From: Candidatus Poribacteria bacterium
GTDB lineage: Bacteria > Poribacteria > WGA-4E > WGA-3G
DNA: 64,000 nt
Direction of reading: 5' to 3'
Assembly (NCBI GenBank): GCA_965214095.1
Contig: OZ243938.1
Coordinates: 3,936,001-4,000,000 of the forward strand
The notes beneath the pieces are model-generated. The model was not told where the DNA came from. It did no database searches and saw only the letters and a program-made list of their open reading frames with translations. Position numbers and translations under genes: made by a program. Each line of letters starts with the position of its first letter. The stretch's first letter is position 1. Shown one piece after another: positions 39,861 through 50,772 of this stretch.

Positions 39861-40754
39861 ATGAACAAACAATGCCTTTCTCACCTACTAACAGAAGAAG
39901 AACGAAACCACTTTGAAACGCAGGGATACCTCTACGTCCCAAACGCCTTATCTTCTGATATGGTGGAATACCTTGCTACTGCCGTTGACAAACTCCATAA
40001 AAAAGCACTTGCGACAGGTAGAGCGAAACCCGGTAATCACTGGGGTTTTTCCAATTTCTTAGGTGAAGATGATGCATTTTTGAACCTTGTTGACAATCCC
40101 ACAACCCTACCCAAAGTCTGGGGAATTCTCGGATGGAATATCTATCTTTACCATGCACACATGCACGTCAAACCGCCTGCATCACCAGATGCACAAGATG
40201 GGGATGGATGGTTGGAATGGCATCAAGATAGTGGTCGCGTGAATATTGAGATGGAAACACATCCACGTCCGCGTCTTTCGTTGAAAGTAGCATTTTTCCT
40301 TACGGATGTCTCCGAACCGGGGCGCGGGAATTTCTATATCCGTCCCGGTAGTCATTTCTCGGATGTGCCTTTATCTGAATCGGAAATCAGTCGTGACCCA
40401 CGTGAAAAGACAGCAGATGACATGCCTGATGATGCAATACCGGTATGTGTAGAACCCGGAACTGCAGTCCTTTTTGATAGAAGACTCTGGCATTCTCGTA
40501 GTCCGAACACTTCACAAATTACACGAAAGGCACTCTTTTATGGATACGGATATAGGTGGATTCGTCCGAAAGACGATATGGAAGTTGAACATCTTTATGA
40601 GCGATGCGATCCTATTCGTCGTCAACTGCTTGGTGACGCAGTGAGAAACAATGGACGTTATGTTCCAACTGATGAGGACGTACCGTTACGTGGATGGTTG
40701 ATTGAACAATTTGGTGAGGATGCCGTGTATTCACAGTCACCAGTAGGTGCATAA
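39861..40754 (+). CDS. PhyH family dioxygenase
   Basis: WHQD, LTDV, PGSH, FDRRLWH. Confidence 0.88.
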   Translation: MNKQCLSHLLTEEERNHFETQGYLYVPNALSSDMVEYLATAVDKLHKKALATGRAKPGNHWGFSNFLGEDDAFLNLVDNPTTLPKVWGILGWNIYLYHAHMHVKPPASPDAQDGDGWLEWHQDSGRVNIEMETHPRPRLSLKVAFFLTDVSEPGRGNFYIRPGSHFSDVPLSESEISRDPREKTADDMPDDAIPVCVEPGTAVLFDRRLWHSRSPNTSQITRKALFYGYGYRWIRPKDDMEVEHLYERCDPIRRQLLGDAVRNNGRYVPTDEDVPLRGWLIEQFGEDAVYSQSPVGA

Positions 40755-40783
40755 TCCTACAGTTTTGTAGTCTGTTCCAACCA

Positions 40784-41833
40784 TCATGGAATCAAACACA
40801 CTTTCCCAAAGTTCTTACGAGATTCCAACAACTGATGGGCATCAGCTGCTTGTTTTAATGGGAGTGTCCGATCAATTATAGGGACTAACAATCCCAGTTC
40901 TGCAAGACGAACAAGTTTTCTAAGTTCTTTAGACGTGCCTAATGCAGACCCCATAATTGTGAGTTGTTTTTGATACATCTTACGGATGTTGATTTCCCCG
41001 ATATTTCCAGTAGTAACACCACACGAAACAAGCCGACCGTTTTTGGCTAGACTGTTAATACTTTTATCCCAAGTCGCAGCACCTACATGCTCTAAAACAA
41101 CATCTACACCACGACCCTTTGTCTCCTCAAGTATAACTTCAGAGAAATCAACATCTGAATAGTTGATAGTAACATCAGCACCATGCGCTTTCGCACGTGC
41201 TAACTTTTCATTTGTACTTGCTGTAGCAAAGATACGTGCCCCAACGAGTTTAGCGATTTGTAGTCCTGCACTCCCGACACTACCACCTGCACCGAGTATC
41301 AGGACATCTTCGCCTGCATGGAGTTGTGCACGTGTGATGAGCATGTGCCATGCAGTAAGGTAAGCAATCGGCAAAGCAGATGCTTCCACGAAAGATAACG
41401 TTTCTGCTATCCAAATCGCATTCTTAGCAGGTGCTTTGACATACTCGGCATAACCACCATCAGTCTGGAAACCGAGAAGTTGTTGGGTGTCACATAGGTT
41501 CTCATAACCGTTGATGCAGTCATGACAGATACCGCAGGGAATACAAGGTGCAAGAAGCACACGATTTCCGATAGCAAGTTCCGGATGTTCACCAGATATT
41601 TCGACTATTTCTCCTGCAATGTCAGAACCTAATATATGAGGGGTACTCGTTTCTTCAAGTTTCTGCTTTATCTCAGGACGGTCGCGTCGCGCGTGGATGT
41701 CAAGGTAGTTGACAGCACAAGATTTGACTTTGACGAGAATTTCATTAGGATCAAGGGTAGGTGCGGTGACATCTTGATATTCTAATACGTCAATACCACC
41801 TTGTTCCGAAAACGCAACTGTTTTCATTATCAT
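40784..41833 (-). CDS. Zinc-binding alcohol dehydrogenase / quinone oxidoreductase family protein
   Basis: Structural Zn motif CGICHDC...C, GAGGSVG, GKVCL. Confidence 0.88.
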   Translation of the reverse strand: MIMKTVAFSEQGGIDVLEYQDVTAPTLDPNEILVKVKSCAVNYLDIHARRDRPEIKQKLEETSTPHILGSDIAGEIVEISGEHPELAIGNRVLLAPCIPCGICHDCINGYENLCDTQQLLGFQTDGGYAEYVKAPAKNAIWIAETLSFVEASALPIAYLTAWHMLITRAQLHAGEDVLILGAGGSVGSAGLQIAKLVGARIFATASTNEKLARAKAHGADVTINYSDVDFSEVILEETKGRGVDVVLEHVGAATWDKSINSLAKNGRLVSCGVTTGNIGEINIRKMYQKQLTIMGSALGTSKELRKLVRLAELGLLVPIIDRTLPLKQAADAHQLLESRKNFGKVCLIP

Positions 41834-41862
41834 TCAATTTATACTTCAGATGAATTTACTAT

Positions 41863-42687
41863 CTAACCATAAGCACCACTATTGAGAAATCCTAATAATC
41901 TACGTAGTCTTGGATTTGCATCCTTATAGACTGATTCCGGCATTACGTAATTCATAAACGGTTTGTATTTATGTCCTACCAGACGGCGTGCGTATGTAAT
42001 CTGTGTAATGTATCGAGTGCGTTGACTTTGGTTTGGTCCACCACGATGCCACACTTGATTGTTGAACATAATGACACTACCCGCTTTGCCAAGATTGTAT
42101 TTGATGTTATCTTTCCATTTTGTTCCATCTATTGGGTTTGAGGGTGATGCACCAAACAGGTGAGACCCGGGTATAACTTCTGTTCCACCATGTTCCACCT
42201 CTGTAACATCGGTTAGGTAGTAATTGGCAGTAAATAAGATGACAGGAAGACGAACATTCGTTGGAGGTTCACCATCAGTAACAATATAGTGTGGTGAGTC
42301 GTCTTGGTGCCAAGAAGTAATACCACCCCCAGGACGTGTTTGGAAGGAATTGTTGTGAATAATATGACATTCTCCAGGAATCAGTGCTTCAGCAAATGAT
42401 ACAATTGGTTCAATGTCAAACAACCTTAGGTTTGCTTTACTATGTTCGAACATACGATGCGATAGATGCATTGTAGATTCCATATTTCCACTGTTTAGTC
42501 CATTTGGATTGTTCTCAAGTGCCCAATCTAAATCCTCTCTGAGTTCTGCACAGTGGTCAGGCGTTAACACGTTCTGAAGGAAGAGGCATCCATCACGGTT
42601 GAAGGTTTCTACCCATTCCTGAATTTGTTCTTGGCTAACAACTTGCTCTGATAAGTACGTTGTCTTTTCTACTTTGTCATTTTCCAT
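41863..42687 (-). CDS. PhyH family dioxygenase
   Basis: WHQD, YLTDV, IPGSH, WHRGG. Confidence 0.88.
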   Translation of the reverse strand: MENDKVEKTTYLSEQVVSQEQIQEWVETFNRDGCLFLQNVLTPDHCAELREDLDWALENNPNGLNSGNMESTMHLSHRMFEHSKANLRLFDIEPIVSFAEALIPGECHIIHNNSFQTRPGGGITSWHQDDSPHYIVTDGEPPTNVRLPVILFTANYYLTDVTEVEHGGTEVIPGSHLFGASPSNPIDGTKWKDNIKYNLGKAGSVIMFNNQVWHRGGPNQSQRTRYITQITYARRLVGHKYKPFMNYVMPESVYKDANPRLRRLLGFLNSGAYG

Positions 42688-42703
42688 AGTTTTACTTTTT
42701 TAC

Positions 42704-42757
42704 AGGAGTGAACTCTGAATCGTCGTGAACAGTATCTATGATTCCAAATTCACTCCT
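42704..42757. other. Stem-loop between the DUF350 and PhyH genes
   Basis: AGGAGTGAA...TTCACTCCT arms with a further GAATC/GATTC pairing. Confidence 0.4.
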
Positions 42758-42789
42758 AAATCAATAATTATTGTTAAAAATTTGGTCTG

Positions 42790-43131
42790 TTAACCCATTG
42801 CAGCAGCAACAATAATACCGAGTGACACAAGGACACCTGCAACTGCAATACCTGCAGCAACGTTGTTATCTTCTGCAATTTGCCTGTTTAGATCGTACGG
42901 TGTCGCTAAATCAAAGACTTTGTAACCCACCATTAGTATGACTAAACCGACAATACTAAAGACGGCTACTAAAATAATGTCTCTCGCAATCATTTTCCAA
43001 GGGAACATTGAGGGATCTACAGGGGCATCACCTTCATCTTGCGCATTCGCAGTGGTTACAAATACAGCAAAAACACAGAGCGATACCATAACTAAACAGA
43101 GTGTTATTGAGACAATTCTTTTCGCTAACAT
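42790..43131 (-). CDS. DUF350 domain membrane protein with N-terminal signal/TM
   Basis: GYKVFDLATPYDL..QI...NNVAAGI. Confidence 0.8.
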   Translation of the reverse strand: MLAKRIVSITLCLVMVSLCVFAVFVTTANAQDEGDAPVDPSMFPWKMIARDIILVAVFSIVGLVILMVGYKVFDLATPYDLNRQIAEDNNVAAGIAVAGVLVSLGIIVAAAMG

Positions 43132-43250
43132 GATTCCTCCTATACGACATAGATGTCTACTATTAAAAGTATAGTTTAGGGGTTAGGTCGTTATTTCGTT
43201 ATTGATTCAAATTTCCTACAACAATTGATACTATATAGGATTAAGTTAAT

Positions 43251-46200
43251 TTATTCAACATGTTTAAGAAGTTGAAACTGCATCTCTTCAGTGATGTGAA
43301 CCTGTTTAATAAGGATCGCGTCTTTTTCAGGTATGTAACGCCATCCAGATGTAACTTCTTCAAGTGATTCAACTTGTGGTATATCAATAGCAGAATCGTC
43401 TTTATTGCTACCACTCTCTGCGCTTTGTGAACGGATGAGCGACGGGGTTTGTTCATATCCCGTTATTAGCGTATGGCTTACTTCGCCTTCTGCGTATTTC
43501 AGAGTCCACTTTAATTCACCAGAACGAGAAGCAGTCAAGTTTTCTGGAGTTGCACCGGAACTCAGATGGATTGAACCTGTGATTGCTGTTTTTACGCCTG
43601 GGTCAAGTCCACTAAGTGTATAGACATTTACCATAATGTCCTCTGGATTGAGGTGAGGACCTTTACCTTCTGTACAGAATCCATAGAATCCATCAGGATA
43701 AGTTCCCTTCAGTTCACCATCTTCCCACTGTTGGTACATAGCACTCACAGTGATGCCTTCCGCAACCTGTCGCCACTTATCTTCTTGTGTATATTGATTG
43801 AGACGTTGTAAATAATATGCATACACTAAACCGTTCCATTGAACAGGGACACCTAACCATGAATGTGTGTAGAATGTAGTACCAAAAACTGGGATAGAAG
43901 CAAACTGCATACCGGGTCGGTCAGGCAGATGCCAATGATAAAGAAATGGCAAACCTGTTTCAGCCCAATATTCTGCCTTTTTCAGATAGGTTTTATTTCC
44001 CATGATTTCATGTGCTTCCACATAAGCACCGATTGCATGTGCTGCTGCGAGGATATCGGGTTCATAGAGCGGACATTCCCATACTTGAGCTCCGCGTGGC
44101 ACAGAAAAACGATCCATATAAGAAAGTGCTTTTTTACCTGCTTCAAGCGATGCTTTGTTTCCTGTTATGCGTGCATGCTTTAGAAGTCTGCGTGCATTTG
44201 CAGCACAAGTTCCAAGAACAACATCACCCGCTTTTCCAAGGTTCTGTGTTTTCTCAGAAGACGGTTGAAATCCCCAACTACCGTCATCAGCTTGAGATGC
44301 AATTATCGGCTGCACCTCATCTTCATAAGAACCGAGAGCAGCATCTAAGTGCCCATAGTAGAAAGGAAATTCTCCACTTAGAATGTGACACGAACCGCGG
44401 GCAGCTAATCCACCTGCCCCAACATCTCCAATGGTCTTTTCCGCAATCTCCTTGACACGTTCCTTAACTTCCTCAGATTTTGTAACAAGATAATCATACC
44501 ATAGTAAAGTTGCAAAACCGGGTTCATTCCGTGATGCCCAATCAACACAGTGTCTGGATTGCCTATTTTCCGCATCCCAGACAGTGTGCATAAAACCGTG
44601 TCGTGAGAGCAGGACTTCTTCTTCATCACTACGAGGTGGTTCCAAAGCTTTCGGAGTGCCATAGGCGGATGTCCAATGTGAGATCGCTTCTAATATAGTT
44701 GCATTGCCATCCGCTAAAATTTCACAGTCCAATGTGATTTCACGTTCAGGGGTGAGTTCGTAAGCTTTTTTGGCAATCAATGTGTTTTCTTCAACCCAGT
44801 CGGGTATGGTCGGAAGAAAAAGTGCCATCAAGTGATTTCTCTCTTCATGATGCCAATTGGGTGATGCGAATACAGCAGATACATTTTGTGCATTCCCATC
44901 CCAACTTTGCAGAGGATCCCACATAATACCAACAACGGATTTCTGAATCTCAACTGCCATCACTGGGATAGTAATTTTATATGGATGTGGGACAAGTCTG
45001 TTGTTGAGAGGCGGCGCAGCATCACGCGTGTTTGATGATGGTTCGTCACCCTCAAGGTATTCTAAGCCTGGGAAAAGGGCGGCTGTTTTCTTTTCACGGG
45101 AACTCTTGTGACCCGCATAAATTTCTAAACCGCGCAACGCAAGCAGCTCACGTTCCTTGTCAACAGTTAAACGATATGTCGTCTTAACTCGCTTTGTATC
45201 TTCGGTAAGGTTAAACTCTAACTGAAGTTTCCAATTGACACCATCCACATCTTTCTGTTCACCAGTTAGATACACAATGGCTTCACCAAGACTGTTTCCT
45301 GCTAATTGGACATTATCAGGTGCAAAGTCTATGTTATGAATAGTATCATTAGAACGGTATGTTGCCTGTGCAACCGTTTTTGAAGTTGCAACCTGTTGAT
45401 AGGCACTTCCCTTTGCTACGAAAATGGCGAAATACTCATAACCTTGTTGCGTAACCTTTTGCGGATTTGTTCTGCCTTTTGATTTGCGTGTGCTTTTTTG
45501 TGGTTGTGAACCGTTGTGAACCAGAATCAGACGTAGGTGTTTATTGCCTAATATCAGATGTTGATCATGCAAAAATGTATGGAGTTCAGAGTCGACCTGC
45601 GTATCAAACTTAGGCAAGGCAGGTCGAATGTTTACTACCCCTTTCATTTGCCCTTTTCCTTTGACAAATCGTGACTTGAGCGAGACTGTGAAATTAATCG
45701 TAGAAGGACGCGAAATGCCTCGTGCATACCATACAAAGGTCGTTGTATCACCAACTGCAAGTGTCTTCAGGTTATGTGCAGAACGTCCGCGTCTTAGTTT
45801 TACATCACCTATGGTAAGTCTTGCCTTATTCCCTTTAGCAAGAGGTCCTGTCCCAACATTTTTGATTGTACATTGGATTTCAAAGGCTTCACTTGTAGTA
45901 ACTACTGCTGCAGTTGCACCAACACTCACAATTTCTAATCTCGGTTGTGATGCATATAGTGTCAACTCAAGCGGTTCGGTATCCAATTGATTATGTATTT
46001 CCGAAGCGATATCTTGAGAAGGGGTGAAATCATCACGATTAATATCAAAGATAACAGTCTGGTCTTCTGGGAACTTCGCAATTGCCATACCACACTGTAT
46101 TTCTTGCCGTAACACAGGTGGATCTTCAGTTGAAGCATCTTGAGTCCGCGTCAGTTTTAAAAGTTGTGGCTGTCCCCATAATGCCCAGGCATAACTGCTA

Positions 46201-47168
46201 TTCCCTTCAACGTTACAATGTGTAATAAAAACGAGGTCCACTTGATTCCCAGCAAAACGTGTTAAATCCACACCGTTCTGTGACCAGTGACATTCCGTTG
46301 AAACACCTTCAAAACAGTGTTCACCAGAAATTTCTATACAGAACTTGACACCGCCAGGTTGTCTTTCAGCATCGTCAAATACCACACCGTCTCTGAGACC
46401 GGTATAGAAATGGAGAAAGAGCGTTTCCTTTTCTTTGACTGCAGGCAGTTCAAGTTTATAGACTATTCGCGATGGTTCGGTTGACGATGGGTGTTCAAAG
46501 AGAGCAGGTTTTGAAACGCCACCAGAAATGTCCGACATACTTGCAGAAATCTGTTCAGCACCAGAAGACTCACTCTCATCAAACATAGCAACGAAATCAT
46601 ATAACTCTTCACTTTCACCAAACGAATAGGGACGAATAGCATCTGTTGGTACAGGGGTTTCTTCAACTTCTGATGTTTCTTGTTCTTCAGGGGTTGGTTT
46701 TTCCTCTGGAGTCTCATCGGTATTAGCCTGATCTTCTGTCCCTGATGAAACTTCAACTGAAGGCGGTTCAAAATCTTCTTGGGTTTCTTGAGATTCAGTT
46801 GGTCCTTCCTCTTCAGAACTATCATCAGATTCAGATTGTCCCTTTAGTGTCGGATCATCTTCTTCTGAGGTATCTTCAGATTCGTCATTCTGTTCTGATT
46901 CAGAAACGTCATCTTGATCAGATACAATCTCAACTTCAGGAATTGTCGGTTCCTCTGAAGTTTCTTCAGAATCAGATGTTGCTTCTTCATCCTCTTTTGG
47001 TTGTTCAGGAGGTGTATCCTCTACCAAGTCAGGTGAATCAGTTTCGTTATCATTTTGGGTGTCCTGAGGATCTTCCTCTTCAACAGGTTCGGGAGTGTCA
47101 TTTTGATGTTCAGACTCTGGTTGTTCTGGTTCAACTCCCTCCTCATCATTGTGCGTATCTTCTTCCAT
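43251..47168 (-). CDS. Large multidomain protein: acidic low-complexity N-terminus, beta-sandwich/CBM-like and CARDB-like domains, C-terminal (alpha/alpha) barrel-like region
   Basis: ~180 aa E/D/P-rich segment; VDLTRFAG...WALWGQPQL; CTIKNVG; SQADDGSW. Start placed at MEEDTHN; domain calls are by eye. Confidence 0.75.
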   Translation of the reverse strand: MEEDTHNDEEGVEPEQPESEHQNDTPEPVEEEDPQDTQNDNETDSPDLVEDTPPEQPKEDEEATSDSEETSEEPTIPEVEIVSDQDDVSESEQNDESEDTSEEDDPTLKGQSESDDSSEEEGPTESQETQEDFEPPSVEVSSGTEDQANTDETPEEKPTPEEQETSEVEETPVPTDAIRPYSFGESEELYDFVAMFDESESSGAEQISASMSDISGGVSKPALFEHPSSTEPSRIVYKLELPAVKEKETLFLHFYTGLRDGVVFDDAERQPGGVKFCIEISGEHCFEGVSTECHWSQNGVDLTRFAGNQVDLVFITHCNVEGNSSYAWALWGQPQLLKLTRTQDASTEDPPVLRQEIQCGMAIAKFPEDQTVIFDINRDDFTPSQDIASEIHNQLDTEPLELTLYASQPRLEIVSVGATAAVVTTSEAFEIQCTIKNVGTGPLAKGNKARLTIGDVKLRRGRSAHNLKTLAVGDTTTFVWYARGISRPSTINFTVSLKSRFVKGKGQMKGVVNIRPALPKFDTQVDSELHTFLHDQHLILGNKHLRLILVHNGSQPQKSTRKSKGRTNPQKVTQQGYEYFAIFVAKGSAYQQVATSKTVAQATYRSNDTIHNIDFAPDNVQLAGNSLGEAIVYLTGEQKDVDGVNWKLQLEFNLTEDTKRVKTTYRLTVDKERELLALRGLEIYAGHKSSREKKTAALFPGLEYLEGDEPSSNTRDAAPPLNNRLVPHPYKITIPVMAVEIQKSVVGIMWDPLQSWDGNAQNVSAVFASPNWHHEERNHLMALFLPTIPDWVEENTLIAKKAYELTPEREITLDCEILADGNATILEAISHWTSAYGTPKALEPPRSDEEEVLLSRHGFMHTVWDAENRQSRHCVDWASRNEPGFATLLWYDYLVTKSEEVKERVKEIAEKTIGDVGAGGLAARGSCHILSGEFPFYYGHLDAALGSYEDEVQPIIASQADDGSWGFQPSSEKTQNLGKAGDVVLGTCAANARRLLKHARITGNKASLEAGKKALSYMDRFSVPRGAQVWECPLYEPDILAAAHAIGAYVEAHEIMGNKTYLKKAEYWAETGLPFLYHWHLPDRPGMQFASIPVFGTTFYTHSWLGVPVQWNGLVYAYYLQRLNQYTQEDKWRQVAEGITVSAMYQQWEDGELKGTYPDGFYGFCTEGKGPHLNPEDIMVNVYTLSGLDPGVKTAITGSIHLSSGATPENLTASRSGELKWTLKYAEGEVSHTLITGYEQTPSLIRSQSAESGSNKDDSAIDIPQVESLEEVTSGWRYIPEKDAILIKQVHITEEMQFQLLKHVE

Positions 47169-47244
47169 TTTTCCAATTAAAAGATGATGGAAAAACGTCA
47201 TCATATTTCTTTCTCCTCTGGTCAATTTTTAGCAAGAAATGGTA

Positions 47245-48393
47245 TTACTGTTTTTCTTGCCACTGCTGTTTTTTCTGTTTCATTTCATCGTTGAGGACAA
47301 TTTCAGATGAAGGTGTTTGGCTGGTTTCGTCAATGATCCAATTGCCATCTTCATCTTTCAGCACAGGTTTGCGTTGTTCAACGGGTAGGATGCCAAACGG
47401 TTTATGCGGTTCTATCTGATACCAATAGGCAACAGAAGATGTTTCGTTGCTCAAGTGATTACCGTGTCCATGCTCAATAGTAACCCGTATCTCCTTCTCA
47501 AAACGGATAGGATTTTCAAGGTGATACACATAAGATGTCTGGTAACCTTTTGTATTGCTTTCGTGAATAGATGAACCGTTATGGGCAAATGCATTTCGTT
47601 GCATACCCCACGCCTGATTGAGATAGTCCTCTGAACCTGTGCCGTGTAAGTCTGGAGGCCATTTATAGCCATCAATCCAAATCATATCATCGCCTTCACC
47701 CCACCACGTGCCTTGAAAGTTGCTGACAGAAAGGTTACAACCGATATAGTGTCCTTTTCCTTCTGCGGATAGGATGAGATAGTTATTATCCCATGCGAGA
47801 CGTTCAGCATTGATGATATTCGCTTCCGCAGTGTTAACTGTGATTTCATGTCCCCATCCATCACAAGGATTTTCACGGTGGAATTGCGCGTGGAAATAGG
47901 CAGTATCCTCACCGAATGGTATAGGATAAAGTTCGTAGTCAACATAAAAATATTGTCTGTGTGATGTCCCACCTTCGTTGACAAGTTCAATCCGGGCAGA
48001 TTGGTTGAACGGCATTTGTAGATATGAGTTGAGTGCACATCCTGAATTAAACTGATTATTGTTGTGTGTAGATGCTGAAAACGGAATAGAGTCGTAAGAG
48101 TTCACGATTTCGTTTCCAAGACCAAAAAAATCACCTAACGGACATAAAACACTCGGATGTTCCTCATCGTCCCAAAACATCTGAATCAGCACGTTGCGAT
48201 ACCCATTTGGTTGCGTCATCCAGATGTGGTTGATACATCCTGGACCTTTAATATCTGCAAGTACGCGGGTTTCACCGGGTGCGATATCCCACGCATCGTT
48301 GTTGCGTCCTGTGGTATCCCACGAGGAAGCGCGTAGCGTCCGAGCATCTTTCACTCGCGTCAACGACGACAATAATCCATCAACATAGTTCAT
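47245..48393 (-). CDS. DUF2961 / GH172 glycoside hydrolase family protein
   Basis: GPGCINHIWMT, PLGDFFG, WWGEGDD, GTGSEDY, IEHGH. Confidence 0.9.
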   Translation of the reverse strand: MNYVDGLLSSLTRVKDARTLRASSWDTTGRNNDAWDIAPGETRVLADIKGPGCINHIWMTQPNGYRNVLIQMFWDDEEHPSVLCPLGDFFGLGNEIVNSYDSIPFSASTHNNNQFNSGCALNSYLQMPFNQSARIELVNEGGTSHRQYFYVDYELYPIPFGEDTAYFHAQFHRENPCDGWGHEITVNTAEANIINAERLAWDNNYLILSAEGKGHYIGCNLSVSNFQGTWWGEGDDMIWIDGYKWPPDLHGTGSEDYLNQAWGMQRNAFAHNGSSIHESNTKGYQTSYVYHLENPIRFEKEIRVTIEHGHGNHLSNETSSVAYWYQIEPHKPFGILPVEQRKPVLKDEDGNWIIDETSQTPSSEIVLNDEMKQKKQQWQEKQ

Positions 48394-48763
48394 TCAGTTT
48401 TCCTTTTCTAATTCTCAATTGTGAATGTGAAAATATGTAAGAGGCATTTGAATTATTATAACATATATGTAAGGAAAGTCAACATATTTATGATTAAATG
48501 AAAAAGTTGCCACTTACGGGGTTGAATGTGGCAACTTTGGGGTTCAATATTGGCAGGAAGAACTGTTTTTGGATTGGACCACCTCAATCTTACTCTTATA
48601 TATGGCGATTTTTGGTTGTTCTTAATCTTGCGGTTGCGATACCATTTGAAGTAAACAAAACATAATACTACACAGATAATAAGAATGGTTAACGAGATGT
48701 AAATCCATTGATTTTTTGTGCCGTTCTGTTTCTCATGCAATGGCGATTCGTCATCATTAGTTG

Positions 48764-49785
48764 CTATTGTAACCTGTCCCTGAGACTCAATTTTAGATTG
48801 ACTGGGTGTTGTATTTTCTTTGTAAAACCGTATTTGATGTTATTTTCGGTGGTGACGATGATATCAAATTCTAATTTAGGTTTTTTAAAGTTCTGGTTAG
48901 TAAGATACTTGTGTGAAATCAACTGAGGACTGTTTTTATTTATTTCTTTAAACTTGGAACTAATGACATTCTTTTCAGTTTCGTCTGTTTTTTCCAATGA
49001 TGACACACCTTGTTGATCATTTTGAACTTTAACAATAACATCTTTTGCTTCTACATTACTATTATTTTGCACATAAAACTCTAATCTAAACTCCTCCTGC
49101 AGGTGGATTTCTGTTTGTCGGTTGCTTCACTCTTAACTTCCCATTCCCTAAGTTCCAATTTGGGTGTGGCTTTCTTTCGAGTTTTGAATTTAAAAGGTTT
49201 TATGGGATATATTCGTCTGAAATTTGAATAAACAACGTAACTCTTAATTTCAGCACTACCATTGGAAAGTTTCGCTGAACCGGATATATTAATTCTCTCA
49301 GTTGTTGACCCACCCTCTTTGGGAATTGTTGACATATCATTAATTTCAGGAAACGACACTTCTCTTTTTGATATCTTCAGGTTCTGTGGAGAGTTTAAGC
49401 ACAATAGTAAGATTTTTGGCATCGCTATTTCCATAGTTCCGAATAGTGATAGAAAGTACATTTGGGTCTTTATCTCCACCGTCAAGGAACTCTTCTGAAA
49501 GTTCAATGTTTTCAGTCCTAAGTTTAGGTGGCATCGTGGGGTCAAAACCTTGTTGTGGTTCATGATATGTAATATCATCTGGAATCTCATTGCTGTGCTG
49601 TCCGGTGAACCACCCTTTAATTGTCTGAAAAAAAATCAACAATACAACCACTAATAGAAGAACACCAACGACTATCACAGTATGTTTGAAACTTTCCCAA
49701 ATCTCCGTTTCAAATACGAGGAAATTGGGGTGATGAATTTACCTAATGCTCTATGAACAGAACTTGGTATATACCTGATTCTCAT
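48764..49785 (-). pseudogene. Frameshifted membrane-anchored protein with CARDB/Ig-like modules
   Basis: Successive fragments in different frames (49785 start after AAGGA; 49346-49678; 49081-~49370; 48764-49072) share the I/V-x-N-x-G/S-x-x-x-AK-N/D-L/V motif. Confidence 0.55.
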
Positions 49786-49885
49786 AGTTCCTTACTCTTG
49801 CTTCCGGTCATAATTGCTTGTTAGCACATAAATATTCTCTTCGTTTCTGAAATCAGAATATTAATTCTTGGAAAATTCTGAAATA

Positions 49886-50332
49886 TCAACCGTTATTTCT
49901 CTTTTTGTTTGATTTCTTAAAGCCCTCGCCGACCCAATAGACAATCCCACCTAATATAGCAAGCGGTACAATTATAACTGCAAGAGCAAATAACGCTTTT
50001 ACCAGACTTTCAGATAGTACCCACATCCAAATGAAGAAACCTATAAGTAATAGTAAACCCAAGGCGGCAGCAAGTCGATCCCCACCTTCCCGCCAGTTGA
50101 TCTTTCGTTTCGGTTCCTGAAAGCCAATTCTACACCAATTGATGGTCCATACAATTAGGTAAATCAAAGCGGCGGGTATTATGATGATCTTAAGGGTAAA
50201 AAGCAATCCATTATTCCAAGTAAAGTAACTTCTGAAAAGGTTTTCTCTTGTGATTAATTCATAGAGTACCATAACCAAAAAAGCCAAAACGATTACTATT
50301 CTGAATAGTCCACTTTTCCAATGTGTATTCAT
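49886..50332 (-). CDS. Four-TM membrane protein with internal duplication
   Basis: Two halves each W..G..R[IL]...W...GF; AGGAGG RBS. Confidence 0.7.
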   Translation of the reverse strand: MNTHWKSGLFRIVIVLAFLVMVLYELITRENLFRSYFTWNNGLLFTLKIIIIPAALIYLIVWTINWCRIGFQEPKRKINWREGGDRLAAALGLLLLIGFFIWMWVLSESLVKALFALAVIIVPLAILGGIVYWVGEGFKKSNKKRNNG

Positions 50333-50772
50333 CTGTTCCTCCTTTTATTGCTCTTCAGTTTTCCTGTTTCTAATACGTGAGCGATATGATCTGTTGAAAA
50401 CATAGTATATTACTAACGGTCCTTTCGCTGCAGGTTTATAAATTTGCAGAACGATACATGCAAACCAAGTTGAGCCGAACAAAAATTTATGATACTGAAG
50501 CAGGTTGGGAACCGACACAAAACTTGATACTCTGACACACTTTTGAATGTTTGAAGGTATTGATGTATTTTTGATAGAACTATACGGTCATATACAACTC
50601 CTTATCGTTAGCGAAAAGCAGTGTAGTTTCAAATAAATAATATATTGACTATAGAAATCAAAAAACCACTCTTCCATATCCGTAACTGCGGAATGGAAGG
50701 CGAGGATCTATAAACATTTATAATACATATTGTTAATCTTTATAGGTCGTTAGTATAATAGCATTGACAGAA

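Noticed and set aside
42790-43131. DUF350 gene as part of a PspA-DUF350 (yjfJ-yjfL-like) operon
   Set aside because: It is over 8 kb from the nearest pspA-like gene, and the other yjf-type partners are absent.
50345-50591. Possible amber-readthrough ORF after AAGGAG (ATG ACC GTA TAG...) on the minus strand
   Set aside because: The frame meets a TAA about 30 codons later and shows no recognisable protein; there is no support for recoding.
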